Assembly: GCA_964291215.2 (NCBI GenBank)
Contig: OZ219791.1
Location: forward strand, 1,440,001 to 1,504,000
Origin: Alphaproteobacteria bacterium
GTDB taxonomy: Bacteria > Pseudomonadota > Alphaproteobacteria > MPNO01 > UBA830
Direction: 5' to 3'
DNA: 64,000 nt
The notes beneath the pieces were generated by a model. That model was not told the DNA's origin and made no database searches. It worked only from the letters and a program-made list of their open reading frames with translations. This document shows, in pieces, positions 30,844 through 41,188 of this stretch. Positions within the stretch are counted from its first letter, which is position 1; each line of letters starts with the position of its first letter. The translations under genes and the position numbers were made by a program.

Positions 30844-31755
30844 ATGGCCGCAGAACACGCATCCCGCACGCCCGAAAAGGGCGCCATAGCCGAACCCGCA
30901 TGCGCGGATCCGGTCGTGCTTGACCTGTGGCATGCAATCGGCGCAGTGGACGAGGCGTCAGAAGTGCAGCACACGGAACTTCTGGGCCAGCCGCTGTCAT
31001 ACCGGATCGACGCAAGTGGGACTCCCCGGGTTCGGCCGCATGGCGATCCGGGAGATGGTGCCGCCCTGCCGGCATGCACCGCCTACGGCTATGTCTGGTG
31101 CAGTCTCGGCACGCCTGCGAGCGAGCTGTTTCCGATTCCGGAATATGAGGAAAAGGATCGTCGCAACCTCAACGCCGCGAGCATCGGCGTGCACGTGTCA
31201 GCACCGCGCGCGATCGAGAATTTTCTCGACCTCGGCCATTTCCCATTCGTGCATACCGGCATCCTCGGCGTCGAACCGCACACCGAGGTCAGGGAATACC
31301 GGGTCGAGGTCAGCGACGACAACCGTGAGATCGTCGCCACGAACTGCATGTTCTATCAGCCAAGGGCGGCGCCAACGTCGGAGTTCGGAGCGGATGTCGA
31401 ATACGTATACCGGGTGCCCCATCCCTTCTGTTCGGTGCTCTACAAGTCGAGCCCTCTCGATCCGGAGCGCATGGACATCATCGCTCTTTTCTGCCAGCCC
31501 CTCGACGAGCAGCGCACCCGCGCCCACATGCTTCTCAGCATCCTTGACGAGGACAACGAAGACCGCGAGATCCGGGCGTTCCAGCAGATGATATTCGGCC
31601 AGGACAAGCCGATTCTGGAAAACCAGTATCCGAAGAAGCTGCCGCTCGATCCGTGCGCGGAGACCCCGATCCGGGCCGACAAGTCAGCCATCTTCTACCG
31701 CCGCTGGCTGAGCCAACTCGGACTGACCTACGGCGTGGTCCCGGCCTCGTCATGA
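30844..31755 (+). CDS. Second NdmC-like Rieske-less oxygenase subunit
   Basis: ENFLDLGHFPFVH and QDKPILENQ; paralogous to the upstream gene; no Rieske motif. Confidence 0.8.
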   Translation: MAAEHASRTPEKGAIAEPACADPVVLDLWHAIGAVDEASEVQHTELLGQPLSYRIDASGTPRVRPHGDPGDGAALPACTAYGYVWCSLGTPASELFPIPEYEEKDRRNLNAASIGVHVSAPRAIENFLDLGHFPFVHTGILGVEPHTEVREYRVEVSDDNREIVATNCMFYQPRAAPTSEFGADVEYVYRVPHPFCSVLYKSSPLDPERMDIIALFCQPLDEQRTRAHMLLSILDEDNEDREIRAFQQMIFGQDKPILENQYPKKLPLDPCAETPIRADKSAIFYRRWLSQLGLTYGVVPASS

Positions 31756-33563
31756 GCACCGCGGGCGCAACCCCCGACCCCGGAGCCGTCTGGGCCGACA
31801 TGGCCGGCGCGGATCCCGCGCGGGCGTGGCATCCTGTAGCGGCCGTGCATGACCTTCCCTACCGGCACGTCTTTCATGGCCAGCTGCTGGGACGCGAGCT
31901 TGCGATCTGGCGCGCCGACGACGGCTATGTGAACGCTTGGGAGAACCGCTGCCTGCATCGCGGCGTGCGCCTTTCCATCGGCGTCAATGATGGCCGCGAA
32001 CTCAAGTGCCAGTATCACGGCTGGCGCTACGCCAACCGGACGGCGGGCTGCACCTACATCCCCGCCCACCCGGCCGACGCGCCGGCGCGGACGATCTGCA
32101 ACCGCACGTTTCCGGCGGTCGAACGCCACGGACTGGTATGGTCGGGCGAAGCGCCCGAAGGCGATGTCCCCGACCATTGCGGGTTCGCGGAGCCGCTGGC
32201 GCTGCGCGGCATCGCCGTCAACGCGCCTCCGGCTCTGGTCGCAGAGCATCTCGCCGGATACCGGTTCCTGCCGTGCGGACGGCTCGACGCCGACGACGCC
32301 GACATCGATGCCACCGTCGTTTCTCCCTGGGCCGTTCGGCTGAACGCCTCCGTCGACGGCAATTCGACCGGCCTTCTGCTCCTGGTGCAGCCGGTGGATT
32401 CGCATCGCTCCGTGATTCGCGGGGTGGTCGACCGGGGCGGCGGCGGTGCGCCGGACAGCGCAATCCTGCGCCACCACAACGGACGCCTTGGGGCATTGCG
32501 CGACGTCATCGAGAGCGAGGCTGCGAAACTGGAGATGCCGGAGCCGCTGGAACCGACGGTCGAACGGTTGTCGCCTGACCTCGCGGGAATCCCGGAACCC
32601 CCGAAAGGCGGCCGGCAGGCGGCGCTCCGCGTCGAGGTGGCGCGGAAATGGCGCGCTGCCGAGGGCATAAGCGGCTTTCGTCTGGTTCCGGTCTCGGGCA
32701 TCCTGCCGACGTTCCAGCCCGGGGCCCATGTCGACGTTCACATGCCGAACGGCCTGATCCGGCAGTATTCCCTCGTCAATGGTCCTGGCGAGACCGACGG
32801 GTTCGTCATCGGCGTGAAGCTCGAGCCCGAGTCGGCAGGCGGCTCGCTGTGCATGCACGAGGCGGTGCGCGAGGGTGACGTGCTCGCGGTCTCCGAGCCG
32901 CGGAACAATTTCACGCTGCGCCGAGACGCAACGCGCTCGCTCCTGATCGCCGGCGGCATCGGGATCACGCCGCTCCTGTCGATGGCGCGAACGCTCGATC
33001 ACGGCGACCTCGGGTACGAACTTCACTATTTCGTGCAGAACGAGGAACAGATCGCGTTCCGCGACATCCTCGATGGCCTCGGCGACCGGGTCCGCCTGCA
33101 TCTCGGCCTCGGGGCAGCCGAAACGAGTGCGGCCCTCCGCCGTCTACTTGCCGACCGCGAGGATCGCATGCATGTCTATCTCTGCGGTCCAGGACCGATG
33201 CTGGAGGCGGCGAGGAGCGCCGCCGAACAGCAGGGTTGGCCCGACAAGGCGGTGCATTTCGAGTATTTCGCAAATCCCAACGAGATCGATGACCGTTCGT
33301 CCTTCGAGATCGACCTTGCGCGCTCGTGCCTGACGCTCAATGTGCCGGCCGGCAGGACGATCCTCGAAATCCTGCGCGAGAACGGCGTCGATCTTCCCTC
33401 GTCCTGTGAACAGGGAGCGTGCGGAACGTGCGCTGTCCCGGTCCTCGAGGGGCAACCGGACCACCAGGACGTCTATCTGAGCGATGCGGAAAAAGCCGCC
33501 GGCGACCGTATCATGACCTGCGTCTCGCGTACCGGATCCGACCGGCTCGTACTCGATATCTGA
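31752..33563 (+). CDS. ndmD: NdmD-like reductase: N-terminal Rieske domain, flavin/NAD-binding domain, C-terminal plant-type [2Fe-2S]
   Basis: CLHRG...CQYHGW; RQYSL; AGGIGITP; YLCGP; SCEQGACGTC...C. ATGA overlap with the upstream gene. Confidence 0.8.
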   Translation: MSTAGATPDPGAVWADMAGADPARAWHPVAAVHDLPYRHVFHGQLLGRELAIWRADDGYVNAWENRCLHRGVRLSIGVNDGRELKCQYHGWRYANRTAGCTYIPAHPADAPARTICNRTFPAVERHGLVWSGEAPEGDVPDHCGFAEPLALRGIAVNAPPALVAEHLAGYRFLPCGRLDADDADIDATVVSPWAVRLNASVDGNSTGLLLLVQPVDSHRSVIRGVVDRGGGGAPDSAILRHHNGRLGALRDVIESEAAKLEMPEPLEPTVERLSPDLAGIPEPPKGGRQAALRVEVARKWRAAEGISGFRLVPVSGILPTFQPGAHVDVHMPNGLIRQYSLVNGPGETDGFVIGVKLEPESAGGSLCMHEAVREGDVLAVSEPRNNFTLRRDATRSLLIAGGIGITPLLSMARTLDHGDLGYELHYFVQNEEQIAFRDILDGLGDRVRLHLGLGAAETSAALRRLLADREDRMHVYLCGPGPMLEAARSAAEQQGWPDKAVHFEYFANPNEIDDRSSFEIDLARSCLTLNVPAGRTILEILRENGVDLPSSCEQGACGTCAVPVLEGQPDHQDVYLSDAEKAAGDRIMTCVSRTGSDRLVLDI

Positions 33564-33570
33564 AGCGGCA

Positions 33571-34218
33571 ATGGCTCTCACGCTCTACGATTACGAACTG
33601 TCGGGGAACTGCTACAAGCTGCGTCTCCTGATGAACATTCTCGGAGTGGACTACGTCACGGTCCCGATCGACTTCTATCCGGGCCGGGAACACAAGTCTA
33701 CGGAATTCCTTGAGAAGAATCCGCTCGGGCAGTTGCCCGTGATCGATGACGACGGTTTGGTGCTGCGCGATGCTCAGGCCATCCTCGTCTATCTCGCCTC
33801 GAAGTTCGATCCGTCGGAGCAGTGGTATCCGGTCGGAGATGTCCGGCTTCTCGGCGAAGTCAGCCAATGGCTGGCATTCGCCGACGGCATCACCGCGACA
33901 TCTTCCGCAGCGCGGCTGCATGACGGCCTATTCTACGACTTCGACATCGAGGCCTGCCGCTCGGAAGCACATCGGCTGTTCCGGATCCTCGACGAGCAAC
34001 TGTGGTTTTCGGAGGCCGAGAATTCGGGCTGGATCTGCAGCGCCCGGCATCCGACGATCGCAGACATCGCCTGTTTCCCTTACGTGATCCTCTCGGAGGA
34101 GGGCGGCATCTCCCGGCAGGACTATCCGGCCATCCGGCGGTGGACAGACCGGATGAAGCGCATTCCGGCCTTCGTCGTGATGCCTGGCGTCTTTCCTGCC
34201 GGGCCCGACCGGACCTGA
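33571..34218 (+). CDS. Glutathione S-transferase-like protein (NdmE-like)
   Basis: LYDYELSGNCYKLRL, NPLGQLPVI, DAQAILVYLA, PTIADIACFPY. 7 bp after the ndmD-like gene. Confidence 0.85.
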   Translation: MALTLYDYELSGNCYKLRLLMNILGVDYVTVPIDFYPGREHKSTEFLEKNPLGQLPVIDDDGLVLRDAQAILVYLASKFDPSEQWYPVGDVRLLGEVSQWLAFADGITATSSAARLHDGLFYDFDIEACRSEAHRLFRILDEQLWFSEAENSGWICSARHPTIADIACFPYVILSEEGGISRQDYPAIRRWTDRMKRIPAFVVMPGVFPAGPDRT

Positions 34219-34404
34219 CTGATTGTCGCAGCGAAATGAGCGACAGCAACCATTGCTGTCCGCCGGATTCCCGGTTCTTCGGCTGGACGCCGGGGTCCCC
34301 GGACGGTAGGAACAGGCAATTCGTTGCCCAACGCCTTGAGGCGACGCCAAAGGCAAGCCAGCATCCGAAATCCGGTCGCGAACGCGACGACGGACGGACG
34401 AGAC

Positions 34405-35490
34405 ATGACCGACGGAAAGCTTGAGAGACTGATCGGCCATGCGCCGGTCAAGGACCTCCGGATCGCACGCGGCGGTTCCGGACTGACCGGTCCCGGCATG
34501 TCATTGCCCGGCGAAGGCTCCGTGCTCGTGATCTCGACCCGGTCGCAGAGCGCCGCCGCGAAGAGGATCATCGGACGACTCGGCCCGCGGTTTGGCGCAT
34601 GGATAGGCGAAGCGGTTATGCATGTTCCCGAAGCCGACGCAGATCGGGCCGTAGAACTGGCGTCGCAGTGCGGCGCCGGAAACGTGATCGCGATCGGTGG
34701 CGGCTCGGCTATCGGCCTCGCCAAGGCCGTCGCCCTTCGGAAGACCGTCGCCATCGTCGCGATCCCGTCGACTTATTCCGGATCCGAGATGACGGACATC
34801 TGGGGAATTACGCAAAAGGCGGGCAAGGTCACCGGACGGGACACACGCGTCGTGCCGGCGGTGGCAATCTATGACGCCGAGTTGATGCGAACACTGCCGC
34901 CGACAATCGCCGGGCCGAGCGGCATCAACACGATCGCCCACTCGGTCGAGGCGCTCTACGCCCAGAACGGGACCCAACTGCTTTCGGAAATCGCCGAGGA
35001 AGGCATCAAGCGGATGGCGGCGGCGCTCCGGGTGATCTGCGGGCCCGGGCGCGAGACCGACGCTCTGGAGCCAGCGCTCGACGAGGCAATCCTCGGCACC
35101 ATCCTTTGCGGAAGCGCACTGGCAAAGGCGACGATGGGCATACATCACAAATTGTGTCACGTCCTCGGCGGAACCTTCGGCCTGCCGCACGCGGAAACCC
35201 ACACCGTGATCCTCTCCCATGCAGCGGCCTACAACAGCGAGGCCGCGCCGGAGGCCATGGACGCCATATGCCGCGCGCTCGGTTCTGATTCCGCGCCCGC
35301 GGGCCTTCAGGAACTCGCACGCGAGGTCGGCGCACCGACCAGTCTCAGCGACATAGGCTTCAAGGAACGAAATCTCGACCGGGCTGCTGACATCGCAACA
35401 GAATCGCCGTATTACAACCCGCGTCCCGTCGATCGTGGCAGCGTCCGCGCTCTGCTCGACGACGCGTTTCATGGACGGGATGCAGCCTGA
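34405..35490 (+). CDS. Maleylacetate reductase-like iron-containing alcohol dehydrogenase
   Basis: AVMHVP, GGGSAIGLAKA, PSTYSGSEMT, HHKLCHVLGGTFGLPHAETH, YYNPRP. Confidence 0.88.
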   Translation: MTDGKLERLIGHAPVKDLRIARGGSGLTGPGMSLPGEGSVLVISTRSQSAAAKRIIGRLGPRFGAWIGEAVMHVPEADADRAVELASQCGAGNVIAIGGGSAIGLAKAVALRKTVAIVAIPSTYSGSEMTDIWGITQKAGKVTGRDTRVVPAVAIYDAELMRTLPPTIAGPSGINTIAHSVEALYAQNGTQLLSEIAEEGIKRMAAALRVICGPGRETDALEPALDEAILGTILCGSALAKATMGIHHKLCHVLGGTFGLPHAETHTVILSHAAAYNSEAAPEAMDAICRALGSDSAPAGLQELAREVGAPTSLSDIGFKERNLDRAADIATESPYYNPRPVDRGSVRALLDDAFHGRDAA

Positions 35491-35522
35491 AGGCGTGTTC
35501 GAAACCCGGGAGATCAAAAGAC

Positions 35523-35987
35523 ATGGCCGAAGCCAGACCGAAGACCGAAATCACCATGAGGATGTCCGCCAGCTGCCCGCACCACGCGCGGAGCGATATC
35601 AGCGTGCGGGACCTTGAAAGCGTGATTGACGAACCAGCCGAACGCGGCGGCACCAATCTCGGCCTCACGCCCACCGAGACTCTGATCGCATCGCTCATCG
35701 GCTGCACGAACGTCATCACGCAGCGGATCTCGGAAGGTTACGGGCTTCACATCGATGCCATGAACATCGACGCCCAGGCGCAATTCGACCGGCGCGGCGT
35801 CATGCTCCAAGAAGAGGTCGGTGTGCCGTTCCCGGAGATCACGCTGACGATCTCGATCACGACTCCGGATGCGGCTGCGGATTTCGACAAAGTCCGCGCC
35901 GATCTTGGAAAGTTCTGTCCGATCGCCAAGGTGATCCGCCAGTCGGGCACCGTCATCAACGAGAACTGGGAGATTTCCGTGTCCTGA
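35523..35987 (+). CDS. OsmC/Ohr-like family protein
   Basis: IDEPAERGGTNLGLTPTETLIASLIGC...FCPI. Confidence 0.85.
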   Translation: MAEARPKTEITMRMSASCPHHARSDISVRDLESVIDEPAERGGTNLGLTPTETLIASLIGCTNVITQRISEGYGLHIDAMNIDAQAQFDRRGVMLQEEVGVPFPEITLTISITTPDAAADFDKVRADLGKFCPIAKVIRQSGTVINENWEISVS

Positions 35988-36018
35988 ACCGGCGCGGAAA
36001 CTCCGCCCGCAACGATCC

Positions 36019-36654
36019 GTGGAAGATGACATGGTACGGATAACACCGGTTGTGCGCGAGAACGCGCCAGAGCTCGAGGATGTCTTCCAGCACGCGGAAA
36101 AGGCGCTCGGTTTCGTGCCCACCAGCTTCTTCGCCATGTCCCGGGCCCCCGACATTCTCAGCGCCTTCACGCGACTGTCGCGGGAAGTGATCGGAATACC
36201 CGGCACGGTTCCGCTGCCGCTCAAGCGCATGGTCGCCTACATGGCCAGCCGCTCCGCTGGCTGCCAGTACTGTTCGGCGCACACCGCCGAGTCGGCCGCT
36301 GCCGTCGACGGCGTGGCGCCGGAGAAGATCGCCGCGATCTGGAGCTATGAGACGAGCCCGCTCTTCGACGAGGCGGAACGGGCCGCGCTGCGGATGGCTC
36401 AGGGGGCCGGTGCCTCTCCCAATGCGGTCTCGGACGACGATTTCGACGACCTCCGGAAGCATTTCGACGACGATCAGATCGTCGAACTCGTTGCCGCTGT
36501 CTGCCTGTTCGGCTGGCTCAATCGCTGGAACGACACCATTGCGACGGATCTTGAGGAGCGGCCGCTCGAATTCGGCCTGGCGAACCTGACCGGAAGCGGG
36601 TGGACGCCCGGCAAGCACGCGCCCATCGACGACCGCCGGGAGACGCGCTCTTGA
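36019..36654 (+). CDS. Carboxymuconolactone decarboxylase/AhpD-like protein
   Basis: LGFVP, SAGCQYCSAH, FDEAERAAL, FGWLNRWND. Confidence 0.85.
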   Translation: MEDDMVRITPVVRENAPELEDVFQHAEKALGFVPTSFFAMSRAPDILSAFTRLSREVIGIPGTVPLPLKRMVAYMASRSAGCQYCSAHTAESAAAVDGVAPEKIAAIWSYETSPLFDEAERAALRMAQGAGASPNAVSDDDFDDLRKHFDDDQIVELVAAVCLFGWLNRWNDTIATDLEERPLEFGLANLTGSGWTPGKHAPIDDRRETRS

Positions 36655-37493
36655 ACCACACGCCACGCGAGGGCCCCCAGGGTCCGGACGCCTACCCGTC
36701 CCTTGACGGCCGGTCGGTCATCGTGACCGGCGGCGGCCAGGGGTTGGGGCGGAGCATGGCGCTCGCCGAACGCGGTGCCAACGTCACCATCGCCGTGGCA
36801 CGCGAGACCGAGACGCTCGACAATACTGTCAACGACGCGGCTGGGCTTCCCGGCACCGTCCAGGGCATCCGAGGAGATATCCGGAGTCCCGGAGACTGCG
36901 CCGATATCGTCCGCTTCGCCCTGGACAGCTTTGGACGCATCGAGGCACTGGTAAACAACGCCGCACGCGGCACCTACTACGTGAGCGAAGCCGCCGGCGG
37001 TAGGGGAGCCAGGTTCTGGGAGGCGGACCGCGACCGCTGGGCGGAAGCGCTGACCATCAACGTCATCGGCACGTTCCACATGACGGCGGCCGCAGCGCCC
37101 CACATGACGGCGCAGGCATTCGGCCGCATCGTCAACGTTTCGACCAGCGACCGGTCGATGGTCCGCCCGACCAACACGCCCTACGGTCCTTCAAAGGCGG
37201 CGCTCGAATCCATGAGTAAGGCGTGGGCCGGGGAGATCGAGGAACATGGCGTGACCGTGAACATCCTGCTGCCGGGAGGGGCGGCGGATACACGGATGGC
37301 GACCGGGGTGACCCGCAGGCCGCTTCTTCCCGCGGGCATCATGAACGCGGCAATTCTGTGGCTGTGCTCGGACCGGTCGGGCGGCCATACCGGCGGCCGC
37401 TATATCGGCGAGGACTGGGACACGGGCGCGGAACCGGACGACGCCGCATCGGGAGCCCGCCAGCCATCGCACGATCTGCCGGCGATCATGTAA
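36651..37493 (+). CDS. Short-chain dehydrogenase/reductase
   Basis: TGGGQGLG, LVNNAA, YGPSKAALE. TTG start overlapping the upstream stop. Confidence 0.82.
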   Translation: MNHTPREGPQGPDAYPSLDGRSVIVTGGGQGLGRSMALAERGANVTIAVARETETLDNTVNDAAGLPGTVQGIRGDIRSPGDCADIVRFALDSFGRIEALVNNAARGTYYVSEAAGGRGARFWEADRDRWAEALTINVIGTFHMTAAAAPHMTAQAFGRIVNVSTSDRSMVRPTNTPYGPSKAALESMSKAWAGEIEEHGVTVNILLPGGAADTRMATGVTRRPLLPAGIMNAAILWLCSDRSGGHTGGRYIGEDWDTGAEPDDAASGARQPSHDLPAIM

Positions 37494-37514
37494 CCCGAAA
37501 CGCCCGGCCCGATC

Positions 37515-37838
37515 CTACCGGACGGTGGATTTCTCGGTGGGCGTGATCCGCGTCACGACCATGGCGTCGCGGTCAAGCATCTCGGGAAGACGTGGAGCGA
37601 TATCGTTCTTCCAGAAATCGCTCTCGTATACCGCTTCGTAGAGCCTTTCGCGCTCGGCCTCGCTCTCGAAACGCCGCAGCCAGATATAGACCGAGTCGTC
37701 CGCCTCGCCGCGGAAGCTCCCGCAGATGACGGCGCCCTTGGAGACTTGGAACGGGATAATCTCGTTCTCCATGACCTGCAGCCATTGATCCATCTTGCTG
37801 GGACGGACCTTGTACTGGCGAAGTTCGTAGAATGACAT
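37515..37838 (-). CDS. NIPSNAP family protein
   Basis: MSFYELRQY...YIWLRRFESEAERERLYEAVYESDFW. Confidence 0.85.
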   Translation of the reverse strand: MSFYELRQYKVRPSKMDQWLQVMENEIIPFQVSKGAVICGSFRGEADDSVYIWLRRFESEAERERLYEAVYESDFWKNDIAPRLPEMLDRDAMVVTRITPTEKSTVR

Positions 37839-38021
37839 TGCTGATCTCCCGCAGGATTTGGACCGGCCTCAGCGGCCCGGGAAGGTGCAGCCGGACATTG
37901 GATCCGGACGTGCCCCGGCGCATGGCTAGCAGCCAGCCGGAAGTGTGACGGCGGAGCGCCGAACTCGCCCGTCCGGCAATGAAGAACCCGGGAGCTGCAA
38001 TCGGGACCCCCGAATGGAGAA

Positions 38022-38098
38022 TGGTCGGAGTGAGTGGATTCGAACCACCGGCCCCTGCCTCCCGAAGACAGTGCTCTACCAGGCTGAGCTACACTCCG
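38022..38098 (-). tRNA. tRNA-Pro (anticodon CGG)
   Basis: CGGAGTGTAGCTCAGCCTGGTAGAGCACTGTCTTCGGGAGGCAGGGGCCGGTGGTTCGAATCCACTCACTCCGACCA; 77 nt, cloverleaf, CCA end. Confidence 0.97.
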
Positions 38099-38411
38099 AT
38101 CCGCTGGCGTTATACCGGCCCGTCGTAGAGTTGGCAACATGCCGGCGTCAGGGCTTTTCTTTTGTCATGTTTCGTCCGACGAGGGGGCGTTGTAGGCAGA
38201 TCTGGAGGTCCATTCGGGGGCGGATTTCGTTGTCGATATGCCGGTTCCGACCTTGAGACGGTGCCACCAACTTCAAGAACGGCCACTCTGACACGGTTGT
38301 CCGCCGCCGATCGCGACAACAGAATGGTCCTGATGTCGGCGTCCGGTTCCAGGATGTTCCCACGCTAAATTCTGTGTATCTGCTCACCCCGCCTCTACGG
38401 AGGGGTGAGCA

Positions 38412-40300
38412 GATACCGACCAAGTATATCGGCGGGCACGAAAATTCGATCGGTGGGCTGATCGTGGACGGCAGCAACTTCCCGTGGGACGAGTTCCCCG
38501 AGTACTAGTAGTCCACCGATATTGCATTGATGATTTTTTGTGGGTAGTGTTCCTGTGTCGGCATCCGTTGGAATCTGGACAGTGTCGATATCCACACGGG
38601 TAAGATGCCGAACAGGCAGGCAGCCCCATGCGCAGGTCCGGACAACGGGCATGCTCGCAGGTCTTCGGCGCAATGACAGGAGCGTGGCCAACTCTCAGGG
38701 CAGAAAGCTCTACCGGGTGACCCTTTCAGCGCAGGAGCGCCAGGATCTGAAGGCGATCGTCGACGGCACCGGGGCTGCCTGGCGTCGGCGCCGGGCACAA
38801 ATCCTGATGCTGAGGGGCGCTCGGCTTGTCGATGCCGACATTGCGCTGGGCATCGGCACGGCGACGGTCGAACGCTTGCGCTGCGTCCTGGAGGAGCTGG
38901 ACGCAGCCCTCAGCCGCAAGGAGCAGGTGAACCGTCGGCCAAAACGGGGGCGATGGAGGCGAAGCTGATCGCCCTGCTCGTCCCCGCCCGAGGGCTGTGC
39001 CCGCTGAAGCTGCTTGCCGGCCGTCTGGTGGAGATCGTCGAGCGCATTTCGGAAGAGACGGTCAGGAAGACGCTAAAAAAGAGATCAAGCCGTGGCTAAA
39101 CTGGTGCATTCCACCGCACCGGAGCGCACAGTTCGTGGCGGCGGATGTGCTTGACATTTATCAGCGGGACTTTGCCGGGGACGAGGTGCTGGTGTGCGAG
39201 ACCAGCCGGCAGCAGACGAAAAAAACTCGCATCCCCCGGTCAGCCGGAGGTGGTCGACTATGAATATGAGCGCAACGGCACGGCCAACCTCTTCATGGCC
39301 TTTGCGCCCAACGAGAACTGGCGCACGGTGAAAGTCACCGACCGCCGCGGGACTGGACGCACTTCATCCGGGAGCTTGCCGACGACCATTTCCCCGACAA
39401 GAAGATCGTGCTGGACAATCTGAACACGCACAGTCCCGCATCACTATATGAAGCCTTCGAGCCCGAGGAGGCGGGTACGAAAGCGGTTCGAGTTTCGCTA
39501 TACGCCGAAGCATGGAAGCTGGCTCAACATGGCCGAGATCGGCGCGCTGTCGCGGCAGTGCCTTCGGCGACGCATTCCCGACCGTGACACCATGCGGCGG
39601 GAGACGGCAGCATGGGTGGAACGGCGCAATGCGGCCGATGTCACTGTCGACTGGCGTTTCACGAGGAAGGATGCCCGGACGAAACTGAAGTCTCTATATC
39701 CGTCAATACAATAATGTTAGGCTACTAGCCCGCCTTGAACACCCCGGATCCTTCCTATCACGGCGCTGTTCGGGTGGAGGCGGTGAAACCGATCGGACCG
39801 GCCTCCTAACATCATCAAGGCGCGCACCACGCTGCTGCGCGATCTGGAACGCGCTGTCGCCGTTCAGCGCGTTCCAGATCATCCAGGGCTTCGAACGCTG
39901 GCGCTGCGCGTCCGCGAGCACAGTTGCAACGCGCAGGCGGTGGCCGACCATCTTGCGGGCTATGCGACAGGGGCGAACGTGATCCATCCGAGTCGGCAGG
40001 ACGGCGAGTCTAAGGTGCCGTGCCGACACCTACCTCTCCGGTGGCTGTGGCGGGCTGGTCGGGTTGGAACTCAGGGACGGACGGGAGGCCGGACGCCGCT
40101 CTATCGACGCGCTCATGATGTTCTACCATGTCGCCGATATCGGCGTTGTCCGCTCGCTCGCGGTCTATCCGGCGAGCACGACCCACAGCCAGCTGTCGCC
40201 GGAAGACTAGCTGGCCTCGGGCGTATCGGACGGTTGCGTCTGACTTTCCGTCGGGATAGAGCACATCATCACGGACCTCGACCAGGCGCTCGCTCGCGCC
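38412..40300 (+). pseudogene. metY: O-acetylhomoserine sulfhydrylase remnant split by IS630
   Basis: TKYIGGH.NSIGGLIVDGSNFPW before the IS and PALNTPDPSYHGAV after it; later FYHVADIG..RSLAVYPASTTHSQLS and VRLSVGIEH. Confidence 0.82.
38505..39728 (+). mobile_element. IS630-family element, decayed
   Basis: TIRs ctagtagtccaccgatattgcattga / tcaatacaataatgttaggctactag; DYEYERNGTANLF, LDNLNTH, YTPKHGSWLNMAEI, DWRFT..DARTKLKSLYP. Confidence 0.92.
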
Positions 40301-40481
40301 GACGCCTGGCCCTGCCGTTCCGAGAGCGGCGCCGCCACGCCGCGTTGCAGGCCCGGCTCTTGGGAGGTCGATGTCGACATTTCGGAACGGCGGATATTGA
40401 CGTCGGGCGACGATGCCCGCACTATCGATTCCGGCATGCGCAGGCACGGTCGGCGCGGCGGAAACGGGGAGGAGGGGAACC

Positions 40482-41096
40482 ATGCCGAGAGGCGTGATCG
40501 ACCATGACGGGCTGCAAGCGCCGGAAACTCGCGCACTGCGTGCTGCGGAGCCGCCCCTAGGCATGCCGTTCGAGATCAGGAAGATCGGCCACGTGGTGCT
40601 GATGGTGCAGGACATCGAGCGATCAGTCGACTTCTACACCAGAATTCTCGGTTTCCGGGTTTCGGACGTCTATACGGATTCCATGATGCCTGGCCGCATG
40701 GTGTTCATGCGCTGCAACGCCGACCATCACGGCGTGGCGCTGATCGGCGGCGCCCGGGAGCCGGCCAACAGCAACGAACTCAATCATCTCGCATTCGAGG
40801 TCGCGAGCCTCGACGAGGTGCTGCGGGCGCGCGAGCATCTGAAGGCCAACGGTGTGAAGATCATCTTCGACGGTCGTCGGCGCGCCGGCTGCCAGGTCGC
40901 GGTCGAGTTTCTCGATCCCGACAACCATGTCCTCGAGATCTACTGGGGCATCGACCAGATCGGCACCGGTGCCGACGCGCGCGCTCCGGAAGGTTGGCGC
41001 GAAGAGATGTCGCTCGAGGACGCAATCGACAATCCGCCGGCCGGCCAGGACACGAGCCTGCGCGATCCGTCGCTTCGGGCCCGCCGGAGCGGTTGA
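40482..41096 (+). CDS. VOC/glyoxalase family protein
   Basis: KIGHVVL...FYTRILGF, DHHGVAL, NHLAFEV, EFLDPDNHVLEIYW. Confidence 0.85.
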   Translation: MPRGVIDHDGLQAPETRALRAAEPPLGMPFEIRKIGHVVLMVQDIERSVDFYTRILGFRVSDVYTDSMMPGRMVFMRCNADHHGVALIGGAREPANSNELNHLAFEVASLDEVLRAREHLKANGVKIIFDGRRRAGCQVAVEFLDPDNHVLEIYWGIDQIGTGADARAPEGWREEMSLEDAIDNPPAGQDTSLRDPSLRARRSG

Positions 41097-41188
41097 ACGC
41101 AGGCGAGCGGGCGGCAGGGGTCCGCACTGTCCCGCCCGGCGTGGCTGGGTTATATTAGGCGCTCGTCAAGCCGATGCGATGATGACAC

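Noticed and set aside
38022-38098. tRNA-Pro as a genomic island attachment site
   Set aside because: I saw no duplicated 3' end of the tRNA and no integrase in the window.
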